Shown: piece after piece, positions 1 through 12,814 of the stretch
Numbering within the stretch: the stretch's first letter is position 1
Layout: each line of letters starts with the position of its first letter
NCBI RefSeq assembly: GCF_035084215.1
Contig: NC_090327.1
Span: forward strand, 7,936,001 to 8,000,000
Source of the DNA: Heptranchias perlo
Taxonomy: Eukaryota
Direction: 5' to 3'
DNA: 64,000 bases
Program-made: the position numbers and the translations under genes
Notes under the pieces: model-generated
Database searches by the model: none
What the model saw: the letters and a program-made list of their open reading frames with translations, nothing else
Told to the model about the DNA's origin: nothing

Positions 1-26
1 GCAACTCCGGAGCTTCCGGTGGATAC
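1..26 (-). CDS. TRAPPC8: TRAPPC8 coding exon 9 (partial, runs off window start)
   Basis: Acceptor ttttattcag, then G TAT CCA CCG GAA GCT CCG GAG TTG = (L)YPPEAPEL; phase 2 continues from the exon at 781-896. Confidence 0.93.
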
Positions 27-780
27 CTGAATAAAATTAAGCAATGAAATAAATGCAATCAGGCCATCAGTGTTCAAAATAAAGAGCTAAAACCATGTTA
101 TCTATGGTAAGGAGTCCCATTACCAATTTATGTTGATCCTGAAGGTATACAATTTTGAAGCATTTCTTATTCACTTATAGAACAAAGCGACCAAACCTTC
201 CAGGAAAACGATGTCTCAATGATTCTGAACTACAAAATGATCGACATGTACTCAAAAGTACCTAAAAGGGATATTACATGCTTGGTTCTGAACAATTCTT
301 CTTTTCAAATGCAACAAAATCAAGCCTATAAAAAGTTCATATTATCTCCCCATCCTACAATACATTTAATTAACAACAAAAAAATCAGTGGAAACCTTCA
401 TATTTTCCCACCCATATGTTGCCTCAATCTTAGCAAACCTTGATGTGTTTTGCTGTTTTTATTGAAGTTTCTTTTCCCCTTTCTTCATCACCGCTGTTTG
501 ATGTTTTCCCCCACAATACTCAAGGTTAATACCCTTCAATTTATTCCCTAATGTTTGCTTTTTGTTCTAAAATTTCTCCATGATTTCTTTCTGGTCTCTC
601 TCCACATTTCAGTATCAATCTGTCTCAGCATATTTTCTCCACCTGTACCCCAAAAAAAGCCATACAACACCAAAAGGTGAACTAGTCTTTCACTGCAAAA
701 TCTTGAATTTAAACATTTGTGGACTTTTTGAATCAATGCAAGCCAAGTGAATTTTGCCAAAAAAAGAGTGCTCTACTTAC

Positions 781-896
781 AATAGGCTGGTGGCATTTTT
801 AAGCTCATTTATGGTTTTCTCCGGCACTTTACTCCCACTGAACCATTTTTTAGTAGCCGTGAATAAAGAACGACTTAGGCCTTTTCTAGACACCAG
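781..896 (-). CDS. TRAPPC8: TRAPPC8 coding exon 8 (116 nt)
   Basis: tttctgcag / LVSRKGLSRSLFTATKKWFSGSKVPEKTINELKNATSL / GTAAGT; close match to recalled vertebrate TRAPPC8 sequence. Confidence 0.96.
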
Positions 897-1536
897 CTGC
901 AGAAACATAAAAGTTTGTGATACAAAACTGAAATAAAAGTGGACTGCTTTAACAATTTACTAAGTAATGCATCATTTTAGATTTCACAGCACTATTCATA
1001 AAAGGTAAAAGCTTTTATGCACAATGTAATTGCAACATAACGCAGAAATAACACTTACAATAAACCAACAGGAAACCATGTTCCAAATACGTCCTTGAAC
1101 ATATTATAAATCAAATACTTCAACAGTCGCGACTTCAGCTAGCAACCACTCTCAGATTGGTTGATAAGCAGGAGCCCTTCTTGGCTCCACTCTACCAGAA
1201 TGTTTAAAAACTTATTTCAAGGAATAATCTGCCTTTTTCTTTTCACAGAAATGTATGTACATCTTGTCCATTTCACTCATCTATTGGAAGGCATGAGATT
1301 TACATCTTTCCACATACAGAACCCATTCATACAACAATTAGTTCCAGCAGAATTCCGATCACAAAATCAGGAATATGTAGAAGTCCCAGAATACACAGGA
1401 CTGGTTTTAAAAGGAGTAGGAACATTTCTTATTAAGTCTCCTTTCAAAACATGATCAAATTACAGAAAAGTTGAACAGCGTTACTAGTGCCACACATGAA
1501 CAGCCCAAGCCTCATCACTAAACTTTTCTTCCTTAA

Positions 1537-2018
1537 TACACTTGCCTTAGAGGGGGTGCAATGAAGGTTCACTAGATTAATTCCTGGGATGAGAGGGTTA
1601 TCCTGTGAGGAGAGATTGAGTAGAATGGGCCTATACTCTCGAGTTTAGAAGAATGAGAAGGGATCTCATTGAAACATAAGATTCTGAGGGGGCTTGACAA
1701 GGTAGATGCTGAGAGGCCGTTTCCCCGGGCTGGACAGTCTAGAGCTAGGGGCAGAGTCTCAGGATAAGGGCTCGGCCATTTAAGACCGAGATGAGGTGGA
1801 ATTTCTTTGGAATTCCCTACCCCAGAGGGCTGTGGATGGTGAGTCATTGAATATGTTCAAGTTTGTGATAAGATTTTTGGACTCTAGGGGAAATCAAGGG
1901 ATATGGGGATCGGGCAAGCAAGTGGAGTTGAGGTACAAGATCAGCCATGATCTTACTGAATGGCGGAGCAGGCTCGAGGGGCTGTGTGGCCTAACCTGCT
2001 CCTATTTCTTATGTTCTT
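1537..2018 (+). mobile_element. CR1 LINE 3' fragment
   Basis: Degenerate ORF2 C-terminus plus the 3' UTR tail ctcctatttcttatgttcttat shared with other copies in the window. Confidence 0.85.
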
Positions 2019-2202
2019 ATACAAATGGAGATTTTAAAAACATTTCTAGTGGTTTCATTTAGTTGCCTATAACAAAGCGAAAGGAAATGAATAAGCTTAG
2101 ATTTATATTCAAAAAAAGTTAAACTTCAACAGTCACTTGTTTGCATCAGTCTCTTGCTCCCAGTTAAAAAAGGCTGCTTTTAATTTAATATCCAGCATAC
2201 AT

Positions 2203-2683
2203 CACAGAAACAGGCCATTTGGCCCAATTGGTATATGCTGGCGTTCATGCTCCACATGAGCCTCCTCCCTCCCTACTTCATCTTAACCCTATTACCAAAA
2301 CCTTCGATTCCCTTCTCCCCCATGCGCCTATCTAGCGCTCCCTTAAATGTATCTATGCTATTTGCCTCAACTATTCCTTGTAGTGAGTTCCACATTCTAA
2401 CCACTCGGAGTAAAGAAGTTTCTCCTGAACATAAGATAAGAAATAGGAGCAGGAGTAGGCCAATTGGCCCCTCGAGCCTGCTCCGCCATTCAATAAGATC
2501 ATGGCTGATCTGATCCTAACCTCAAATCTAAATTCATGTCCAATTTCCTGCCCGCTCCCCGTAATTCCCTATGGATTTATTAGTGACTATCTTATATTTA
2601 TGACCTCTAGTTTTGGACGTCCCCACGAGTGGAAACATCTCTACATCCACCCTATCAAATCCTTTCATAATCTTAAAGACCTA
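2203..2683 (-). mobile_element. CR1 3' end with a second CR1 tail nested at ~2427-2565
   Basis: Reverse-complement CR1 tails (acagaaacaggccatttggccc; ataagaaataggagcaggagtaggcc). Confidence 0.7.
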
Positions 2684-2929
2684 GTATGGTAATACACTGC
2701 AATGATGCTATGGTATGTGACAATATGGCACAAAATAGGACATAGCTTTAGCCATCAATTCAGCATGTAAGTTTCAAACTCAGCTAATCCACATGAGGTT
2801 TCTGAATGGGAGAATGGGAAGTGGAGTGTTAACCAATCTAGCAGGCAACTCAACAAATGCACTCAGAGGCTTGGGAGACAGTTATCTTCTGCATTGCATG
2901 AGTGTTTAAAGCATAATTGGGTTAAATAT

Positions 2930-3275
2930 AAGCCAGTGAAGTAATTTTGAAGCGCAGTCACTGCTGTGGTGTAGGAAATGCAGCAACCAATTTGCACACA
3001 GCATGATCCCACAAACGGCAATGATCAGATGATCTGTTTTAGTGATATTGGTTGAGGGATAAATATTGACTCCAGGACACGAAGAACTCCCCAGCTCTTC
3101 TTCAAAAGAGTGCCATGGGATCTTCTATGACCACCCAGGATGGCAGATGGGGCCTTGGTTTAACGTCTCATCCGAAAGACAGCACCCCCTCAGTACTGCA
3201 CAGGAATGTTGGCCTGGATTTTGTGCTCAAGTCTCTGAAGTGGGACCTGAACCCACAACCTTCTGACTCAGAGCC
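2930..3275 (-). mobile_element. tRNA-derived Deu-domain SINE (SacSINE1/AmnSINE-like)
   Basis: Reverse complement of the SINE at 23061; B-box-like ggttcaggtcccac and Deu core (ctttcggatgagacgttaaaccaaggcc). Confidence 0.75.
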
Positions 3276-6200
3276 AAGATGAAGACTTCCACAAATCCAA
3301 TTCTTACAGCCTGTCACTCTAAACTGCAAGACAGCAGCATATACTTTTATGGCAGATAAGAGCAAACTGTATTTCCAACTTTCCCTAGCAGTAAAACACA
3401 ATGGATAAAGATACAAGAAAGGCATATTTAATGATTTTGGCTGGTGACTGACGTGTTCACATGGATATGGGCACACTTGCATCCCGGCCAGGAATGATCA
3501 CAAAACTACCAACGTAGAAAAATAATGGACAGGAAAAGACCAAATCTGTTCCATGCCATCACTATGCAATTTAATACCATGCCCCACCCACTAGCAGCCA
3601 CCTAACCTCTTGGGACAGGCAAAAACAAAGAAAAGCCCCAGGCCAATTCAAGGGGGGGAACTGCACAGAAAGAATTGTGAATCATTTGCCAAGAACTAAC
3701 ATTCATTTGCTCTGGAGCAGAAATTGAATTGTGGGTTTAAAAAAAAAGTCCAACCATTCAGCCCTTCAGTTGCAGCACTTTTATTTTGGTCTTATCGGGA
3801 GGATAGGGTACTTAGAATTCATTATGTCTAGAGTGTACAAACTATGCCCTAGAGGGCACAGCCCTAGCAATCATGCCCACGAAGCCATGGCGAGGGCTTC
3901 GAGTTGCATTTCTCATGCAGATAGTTTCAACTGTTTCAATTTCAGCAGCCTACCGGTTTGGGAGAAGGCTGCTTCCTCATGGTGGATTTAGAGCTTTGCA
4001 CCATTAAAGTAGTGGTCCTAGACATACTATGCAAATTGAAACTGAATCAGCGAGAGCCTAGTATCCCCACATGGGTATTAAATTGCCAGATAGTGTTCAT
4101 TATCCACTAAAATTATTTTTTTTTAAATTTACATTAGAGATCGGAATAAGGAGCAATTTTCCCATGTAATTACACAAAACTGATTTGGTTGGGGTGGTCA
4201 GTGGGTAGCAATGGTTTTGCAACACCCAACTCACCACAATATTGACAACTAAATTAAGAGTCTCAGTTTAATTTTAGCATCCTGTGTTGTCTTCAATGAA
4301 TTGCTTTGATTTGGTATTTTGTTGCTAATACCTGGCCAGAGCACTCAGAGGTAGCATGAAGTGATCCCACAGAGAGGAAACACCCCTGTCCAAAGCAGTG
4401 CTTTTGCACCACCCAGTGACAAGAAATTACTACTACAAGAAGTTCAAATCTGTATTTTCAGCATTAAAACAAACAGCATTGTTCACCACACCTTCATGCA
4501 AAATTAGCAAAGGTGTTGAGTATTAAAAGTTACCTAAATTAATGCAGATAACTGCGCAAATGAAGCTGCAAGAAATCAATCAGTTCTGTTGCCTGTATAA
4601 TTACTGTGATGTTATCCATGGATAAGGATTTGTAACACACTGCAGCTTTAATAAAGCTATTCTTTGACGCACAAGGCAGACCAGATCAAATTAATTGTAA
4701 CTCAGACTTCCCTCTTCTCTTATCCCCTCGTATTGGACTGGATTAAAAAGTACAATCCTAACTTCCTGCATTGTGGGGTGGATTTAAAACCGGATTCCAA
4801 AAAGGATAAAAAAGACTGCTAACCCACCGCATCATCTGCCCTGATGGTGGTCAATACCAAGCATTGGTAACAGCAGATTAAGCAAGTACTTGCTGCTGGT
4901 TTCTCAAATCTCAATGTGCAAGTACACATCTCCTTCAGCTCCACATTCACTAGCCACGTCTCCATTTGCTTGGGCTGAATCACCTGTGGTAATGCTACCA
5001 GCTTAACCTTCAGAATGCCAGCATTCTGATGATCATAAGCGGTAAGAATTATGTATGGTGATTAGAATATTCCCAACATATGGATACTTTCTCTGCAGTC
5101 AAAGATATTTTTGCGCCTCGGAGGCCAAAAGCAGCTTAGAATGATCACTGTCTGGACTAACCAACTGTCCTAAAGTTTAGATGTTTTATGAATAGTGCCG
5201 CCTTTACTAGAGATGCTCCTATCTGTCTTCAAGGGGGGGTGTGGCGGGCAGAGAGAAGAACTGGGTTCTTGCTCCTAACTATTACACAACAATCCCTGTG
5301 GGAGGAACGTATACGTGGATTTGGCATGAGGGCATTAGGCGAACAGTTTGTCGATATTCGCTGACTAGGCTTACACATGAACAATGACCACTACAGCAAA
5401 GAGTCAACACCTTCGGGAAAGGGTGGAAGGGAGCAAAACAAGACAAAACCACTAAAAACACTGCCATTGTAAATTAGTGTCAGGAAGACTTCCACCTAAA
5501 GGATTGTTTTTGAAACTGCCCTTAAGAGTGGAACATATTTAATTGACTTCCCCTTGTCTTGACAGAATGTCCATTGTTAGAGATTTTCCAATATAAAGTC
5601 ACTCCAAAAGGAAGCAAAGCCAACAGACTAGACTTCAATACTGAAAGACACTCAAAGCTCATGCAGAAGCTGAGCATGCAATTCATTTTAATTTGAGAGA
5701 ATGGACTACTGTAAAAATGATTTTTGCACAGACATCCGCCTGATAGAATCAATGTAATTTCATAGTTAAATAGATGAAACTTACCTTTGATACATGAAAG
5801 ATAACGAATATTTTTCCCCCTCAAAAAAAAGTTTGCACAAGTGTGAAGTTGCTAAAGCAAGGAATGATCTCACTGAATACAATTCTATCTTTGTTCCCAA
5901 CAGCATTAGAAACTCAAATGATCAGACAAGAACATGGTGAGGGTTACAGTAAACAACATACAGCACTGTTTGCGTTTACTCACAGCAGGAAGACCCAAAT
6001 GAAATAGGTGATTTATAAATATTCCTACAATTCAGTTATATCTTTATTGCATTGTGATTACATTATTACATTGTGATTACTTTTCTACTGGCAGAAATAA
6101 ACAGCTTATTTGAGCTTGTTAACCTCAGTTAAGATCTGTATTCCATCTCCACATGAAATACTAATTTACCTTTACTTTTTCCCAGATGTTGATTGACCTA

Positions 6201-6485
6201 TGTACCTCAAGCATTTTGCTTTTATTTCCAAATTATAGCATTTGCAGTTTTTCTTTTTATAGAAAGAAATAACTTTGCATTTATATAGCGCCTTTCATGA
6301 CCTCATGACATCCCAAAGCGCTTTACAGCCAATGAAGTAGTTTTGAAGTGTAGTCACCGTTGTGATGTTGCAATGTTTCATCATTATTTCACATGAACCA
6401 TTAGAAATATGGGTATCTGACCACTTATACAGTTGGTAGCAAATGTTCTTGTAAAAAAAAAATGCAAATAAAACTATAGCCACAC

Positions 6486-6739
6486 CTGATCGTTCAGTTG
6501 CCGGATAGTCTTTTCAATGTGTGGCAGTAATCCCCGAAATGTGAACTCCTGAATGAACTGTCTAATTCGATCATGATCGGTCAGTGTTAAACTGAATCCA
6601 TGAGCACTCGAGCTGTTTTGCTTCACTGCATCATTCGTCGTCTCCACAGGCTTTGCTCGATTAGGACCATCAAGTCCCCCTGACTTCACAAGAACACCTT
6701 CCTGAAATGGATGGGATTTAAAGTTGTTTGGAATTCCAT
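6486..6739 (-). CDS. TRAPPC8: TRAPPC8 coding exon 7 (254 nt)
   Basis: ttttaacag / (D)GIPNNFKSHPFQ...HGFSLTLTDHDRIRQFIQEFTFRGLLPHIEKTIRQLNDQ / GTGTGG; overlaps ORF 6474..6689. Confidence 0.97.
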
Positions 6740-7687
6740 CTGTTAAAAATGAGAGAATGGTTATACATATATGCTGATCAATCTCCCAGGGAGTCGAGGC
6801 CTGTACTGTTGAAAAGTTTCCGCTCGATGCTCCTAAAAGAATGCGATTAACACATCAACCTGAAAACAGGGGATAAAAAAAAACAACCTTCTAGAATAGT
6901 AAATTGGACATGTACTTGAAGGGGACTAATCTGCAGGGCTATGGGGAAAAAGTTGGGGTGTGGGACTAAATTGGACAGTTCTTTCGAAGAGCTGGCACAG
7001 GCACGACAGGCCGAATGGCCGCCTTGTTTTGTAAGATACTATTCTAGGAACAATAGGGAGATTAAAAGTTAACGCAATAAACTGCAGAATTTCAACATTA
7101 TTTTTTTTTGACAACCCCAACAGGAAAACTGAACAGACAGAAACCAGCACAAACTACATACGTCACCACTAACAAAAGATTACCAATGAACACTGCAACA
7201 CAGCTAAGCAGACACCAGTCGATCAATAAATTGTACTGCTACACCTCTGAATCAAGATATTAATTGGCAACAGGGCACACGAATGAATATGAGCATCATC
7301 TAACAGTGAATAAAGATATGCAGATTGGAGTGAATTAATAAATTAACAGATCAACAGGCATAGCAATTAATAAATTAACAGAGCTGCAGGAGCCATTGAA
7401 ATAATATCCACTTCCTAACTCTTCCTGCCATTGTAGTTATTAACTGACTCACCAGTTTCACCGGCAGTTTGCATTTTAATGCGCTGAGGAGCAACATCAC
7501 AAGGGAACTACAGGAAATTGGATTAAAAATGGGGATGACTACATTAAAAAGGTTTACTTACTGAGAAGAGTTTCATTCTTCAGTAGCACACATTGAATAA
7601 AATGCGATTGAAATGATCTTGGGTCTTTTTTGGCAGGGTTCAGAGCCATCATAGAAGTGTAGCTGACCACAAAGTATTTTCTACATA

Positions 7688-8280
7688 AACTTAACTGGAC
7701 CAGCCACATAAATACTATGGCTACAACAGGACAGAGGCTCGGTATTCTGCGGCAAGTGACTCACCACCTGACTCCTGAAAGCCTTTCCACCATCTACGAG
7801 GCACAAGTCAGGAATACCTGGATGAGTGCAGCTCCAACACAAGAAGCTCGACATCATCCAGGGCAAAGCAGCCTGCTTGATTGGCACTCCATCCACCACC
7901 CTAAACATTCACTATCTACCACCTGCGCACCCTGGCTGCAGTGCAGCACTGCAGCAACTCAACAAAGCTTCTTCGACAGCACCTCCCAAACCCGCGACCT
8001 CTACCACCTGGAAGGACAAGAGCAGCAGGCACATGGGAACATCACCTGCACGTTCCCCTCCAAGTCACACATCATCCAGACTTGGAAATATGCCGCCGTT
8101 CCTTCATCGTCGCTGCGTCAAAATCCTGGAACTCCCTTCCACTGTAGGAGAACCTTCACCATACGGACTGCAGCAGTTCAAGGCGGCTGCTCACCGCCAC
8201 CTTCTCAAGGGCAATTAGGGATGGGCAATAAATGCTGGCCTCGCCAGCGACGCCCACATCCCATGAACGAATAAAAAAAA
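7688..8280 (+). mobile_element. Non-LTR LINE 3' fragment (CR1/Jockey group), partner of the SINEs at 18085 and 52099
   Basis: Frameshifted ORF2 tail (KLNWTSHINT...QRLGILRQV...IYEAQVR; KLDIIQGKAACLIG) ending gggcaattagggatgggcaataaatgctggcc...gaataaaaaaaa. Confidence 0.8.
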
Positions 8281-8862
8281 ATTACTCCAGGGCTAACAGT
8301 CAATCACCACCTCAGGATCCCCTATCATCTAAGAGCATTTTGTAGATTTTTACCCTATAAATAGCTGCTTCAATAAACAGCCACAATGTCTCAGGATAAG
8401 ATAATACGATAGGACAATAACACTGTTACCGAGACTGCTTATAAAATTTCTGTTTGATAAATAGGACATTCAGCAGTTATAGAGAAGACAAGCAACAAAA
8501 CTGGATAACCTGAAAAAACATACCAAATCGTGCACATTAATCTTTTAATAAAACTGAATATAAAATAGCTGGGATGGGATTCTAATATCCAATTTGTAAA
8601 CAATGTAAGACAACTAAATTCCTTCAGGCCAATAGCATACTCAGCCACGTTTTATTTTCCATTTAAAAGTGGGAATAAGCTCACAGTTCAGTTTATTTTA
8701 ATAGTAGATAGTTGCAGCCATTGAGAAACTGAACCAAATCTGGCTTTGATATTGGTCACCCTTTTACATTACAGGATACTCTGCTTAAAAGCAATTTGTT
8801 TTGCAACCATATTTTGCATAACCGCTACGTTTGCACATCTATCTTCATGTTTTCAGCTTTGA

Positions 8863-9008
8863 AATTACTTTAAGTTCCTCCCTCTCATTAGACGCTTGGT
8901 TCCCCACTATTTCTGGTACTTTTTTTTTGTGACTTCTACTGTGAAGACAGATATAAAATATTTGTTTAATATCTCTGCCATTTCCCCATTATAATTTCTC
9001 CTGTCTCG
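8863..9008 (-). mobile_element. Short inverted CR1 ORF2 fragment
   Basis: Reverse complement matches 10098-10245 (EMAEILNKYFISV). Confidence 0.75.
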
Positions 9009-9239
9009 AAGTAGAGGACACTGGTTGGCTACCAGTGAAGTACAAGATAGTAACCTAATCAATGGGTTCAAACAGCAAAAACACAAGTTGTTCATGGATG
9101 TTAGTTGATTAAATACGATTCTTTCATGACGTTGATCCAGCATTTATCGTATGTCAATGTTGTTACTTGCCCTAGTTAGCATTATTATTGTTAAATTTAG
9201 GAACAACTGCATTTAAACTAATGGACTTCAACGAAATGA

Positions 9240-11112
9240 AAATCAGGATGTAGAATCAGTATGGGTGATGCTAAGAAATATCAAGGGGCAGAAAACCACT
9301 GGTGGGAGTAGTTTACAGGCCCCTTATCAGTAGTCATAGCGTTGGACAGAGTATAAAATCAGGAAATTAGAGGAGCATGTAATAAGGGTAATGCAATAAC
9401 CATGGGGGACTTGAATCTTCATACAGACTGAGCAAACCAAATTGGCAAAAGTAGTTTGGAGGACGAGTTCATGGAATGCATCCGAGACAGTTTTCTAGAA
9501 CAATATGTCGAGAAACCAACTAGGGAACAGGCTATTTTAGATTTAGTATTGTGTAATGAGATAGGATTAATTAGTAATCCAATAATAAAAGGATCCTCTG
9601 GGGAACAGTGATCACAACACGATAGCATTTCATAGAGTTTGAGAATTATATAGTTAAGTCCGAAATTAGGGTCTTAAATTTAAACAAAGGCAATTATGTA
9701 GTTATGAAGGGTGAGTTGGTTAAGGTAGATTGGGAAATTAGATTAAAAGATATCAAGGTAGATAAACGGTGAACATTTAAAGAAATAATTCATAATTCCT
9801 GAATAAACATACCCTTGAAGAATAAAAATGGCACAGCAAAAGTGATCCAACCGTGGCTAACGAGAGAAGTTAAGGATAGTATTAGATTAAGAGGCTTACA
9901 ATGTTGTCAAAGAGTGGTAAGCCTGAAGATTGGGAGGGTTTTTAGAAATCAGCAAATGATAACCAAGGAATTGATAAAGATGGAGAAAATTGAACATGAG
10001 AGTAAATTAACAAGAAATATAAACAGATTGTAAGAGCTTCTACAAGTATATAAAAAGGAAGAGATTAGCGAAAGTAAACATGGGTCTATTCGAGGCCGAG
10101 ACACGAGAAATTATAATGGGGAATGAGGAAATGGCAGAGATATTAAACAAATATTTTATATCTGTCCTCACAGTAGAAGACAAAAAACATACCAGAAATA
10201 GTGGGGAACCAAGGGTCTAATGAGAGGGAGGAACTTAAAGTAATTAAGATTAGTAACAATAAAGTTTTAGAAAAATTAATGACTAAAAGCCAACAAATCC
10301 CCTGGACCTGATGGCCGACATCCTACGGTTTTAAGCGGTGGCTGCAGAGACAGTGGATGCATTGGTTTTGACCTTCCTGAATTCCCTAGATTCAAGAACA
10401 GTACCCATGGATTGGAAGGTAGCAAATGTAACCCCGCTATTCAAGAAAGGGAGAGAGAAAACAGGGAACCATAGGCCAGTTAGTCTGACATCAGTAGTTG
10501 GGAAAATGCTAGAATCTATTAAGGACACAGTAACAGGGCACTTACAAAATCATATGATTAGGCAGAGTCAACATGGTTTTATGAAAGGGAAATAGTGTTT
10601 GACAAATCTATGAGTTTTTTTTGAGGGTATAACAAGCAGGGTAGATAAGGGGGAACCAGTGGATATTTGGATTTTCAAAAGGCATTCAATAAAGTGCCAC
10701 ACAAGAGGTTGTTACACAAGATTAGGCTCATGGGATTGGGGGTAAATATATTAGCATGGATTGAGGATTACTTAACAGACAGACAGAGGACAGTAGGGAT
10801 AAACGGGTCATTTTCAGATTGGCAGGTTGTAACTAGTGGGGTGTTAGAGGGATCGGTGCTTGGGCCTCAGCTATTTACAATCTATTTTAATTACTTAGAT
10901 GAAGGGACAGAGTGTAATGTATCAAAGTTTGCTGATGATACAAAGCTAGGTGGGAAAGTAAGCTGTGAGGAGAACACAGAGTCTGCAAAGGGATAACGAC
11001 AGATTAAGTGAGTGGGCTAGGTGGCAGATGGAGTATAATGTGAGGTTATTCACTTTGGTGGGAAAAATAGAAAAAATTGAATATTTTTTAAATGGTGAGA
11101 AACTATTAAATG
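9240..11112 (+). mobile_element. CR1 LINE ORF2 remnant (endonuclease end to RT)
   Basis: Broken ORFs with [52 protein letters not shown]. Confidence 0.92.
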
Positions 11113-11490
11113 GCAGCTCAATATTCCTGGTTACATGGTTTTAAGACGAGATAGAGAGAGGGGGATTAAAAAAAGGAGGGGAGTGGCAATATTGGTTAAA
11201 GAAACAATTACGGCTGTGAGGGATGGTATGTTCGAAGGATCAAATGAGACCATAAGGGTTGAGCTATAGAACAAAAAAGGAGCAGTCACACTGCTGGGAG
11301 TGCGCTATAGAAACCCCCCCACACCCAAAGGGAGATAGAAGAGCAAATATGTGGGCAAATTTCCGAGAAGTGCAAAAACAATAGCGCAGTAATAGTTGGG
11401 GATTTCAACTACCCCAATATTAACTGGGATACAATCAGGGTAAAAGGTATCAAGGGCGAAGAATTCTTCGATTGCATCGGGAACTTTTAC
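11113..11490 (+). mobile_element. CR1 ORF2 APE-endonuclease fragment from a different copy
   Basis: QLNIPGY...KGGGVAILVKE...VIVGDFNYPNINWD motifs. Confidence 0.8.
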
Positions 11491-12305
11491 AATCATAGAA
11501 AATTTTTGGCACAGAAGGAGGCCCATCACGTCCGCACCGGCCGAAAACGAGCCACCCAGCACTTGGTCCATAGCCATGTAGGTTACGGCACTTCAGGTGC
11601 ACATCCAGGTACTTTTTAAAATGAGTGAGGGTTTCTGTCTCTACCACCCTTTCAGGCAATGAGTTCCAGACCCCCACCATCCTCTTGGTGAAAAAAATTC
11701 TCCTCAGCTCCCCTCTAACCCTTCTACCAATCACTTTAAATCTATGCCCCCTGGTTAATGACCTCTCTGCTGAGGGAAATAGGTCCTTCCTATCCACTCC
11801 ATCTAGGCCCCTCAATTTAATACACCTCAATTAAATCACCCCTCAGCCTCCTCTGTTGCAAGGAAAAAAAAACCCAGCCTATCCAATCTTTCCTCATAGC
11901 TAAAATTCTCCAGTCCTGGCAACATCCTCTCTAGTCTTTCCTGTAATGCGGTGACCAGAACTGTATGCAGTACTCAAGCTGTGGCCTAACTAGTGTTTTA
12001 TACAGTTCCAGCATAACCTCACTGCTCTTATATTCTATGCCTTGGCTAATAAAGGAAAGTATCCCATATGCCTTCTTAACCACCTTATCTACCTGTCCTG
12101 CTACCTTCAGGGATCTGTGGACATGCTCTCCCAGGTCCCTCACTTCCTCTTCACCTCTCAGTATCCTCCCATTTATTGTGTATTCCCTTGCCGTGTTTGC
12201 CCTCCCCAAATGCATTACCGTACATTTCTTTGGATTGAATTCCATTTGCCACTTTTCTGCCCACTTGACCAGTCCATTGATATCTTCCTGCAGTCTACAG
12301 CTTTC
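11491..12305 (-). mobile_element. CR1 LINE 3' portion
   Basis: ORFs 11931..12308 and 11450..11830 (LQEDINGLVKWAEKWQMEFN...LYKTLVRPQLEYCIQFWSPH; TRGHRFKV). Confidence 0.9.
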
Positions 12306-12814
12306 CACCGTTTCTGGAGGGAATATTCAGTGTTCTAACAACCCAGTGTAATTTTTTTTAAATCTATGCTGTTTCTTCATTCTTTTCATGATCTTAAATT
12401 TAAGTCCTCTAGTTACCAATGCACTGAAGTTTAAATAGTTTTTCCCTATTTATTTTAATAAAACTCCAGATAATTTTGAACACCTTGATCATATCGCCTC
12501 TTATTCTTCTCAATTCTAGAGAGAGAAAGACAAGACAGTTTTTCTAACCTTTCATGACTGAAGTCTCTCATCCTGGTACGTTATAATAAATTTCTTCTGT
12601 ACCCTCATGGCCTTGACATCCTCTCTAAACAAACCGATCACCAGTAACTCACCCAGGTGTTATATAGCTCAAAAAGCTCTCCGCATCAATTTATTTTTGA
12701 AGCAGAATAAAAATCTACATTTGTACCGCTGAGCTTTTCTCACTGTTCAATTGAACACAGCATAAAAATTTCTTACTCAGCATAACTTTCAAAAAATATA
12801 TATTCCACTGAGGA

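Noticed and set aside
5785-5819. Micro-exon ending at a strong AAG/GTAAGT donor
   Set aside because: Weak GAG acceptor, 35 nt, frameshifting, no other support.
7717-8274. 185-aa ORF as a novel gene
   Set aside because: Frameshifted read-through of a LINE ORF2 tail; the same sequence recurs at 55260, 57546 and 61850.
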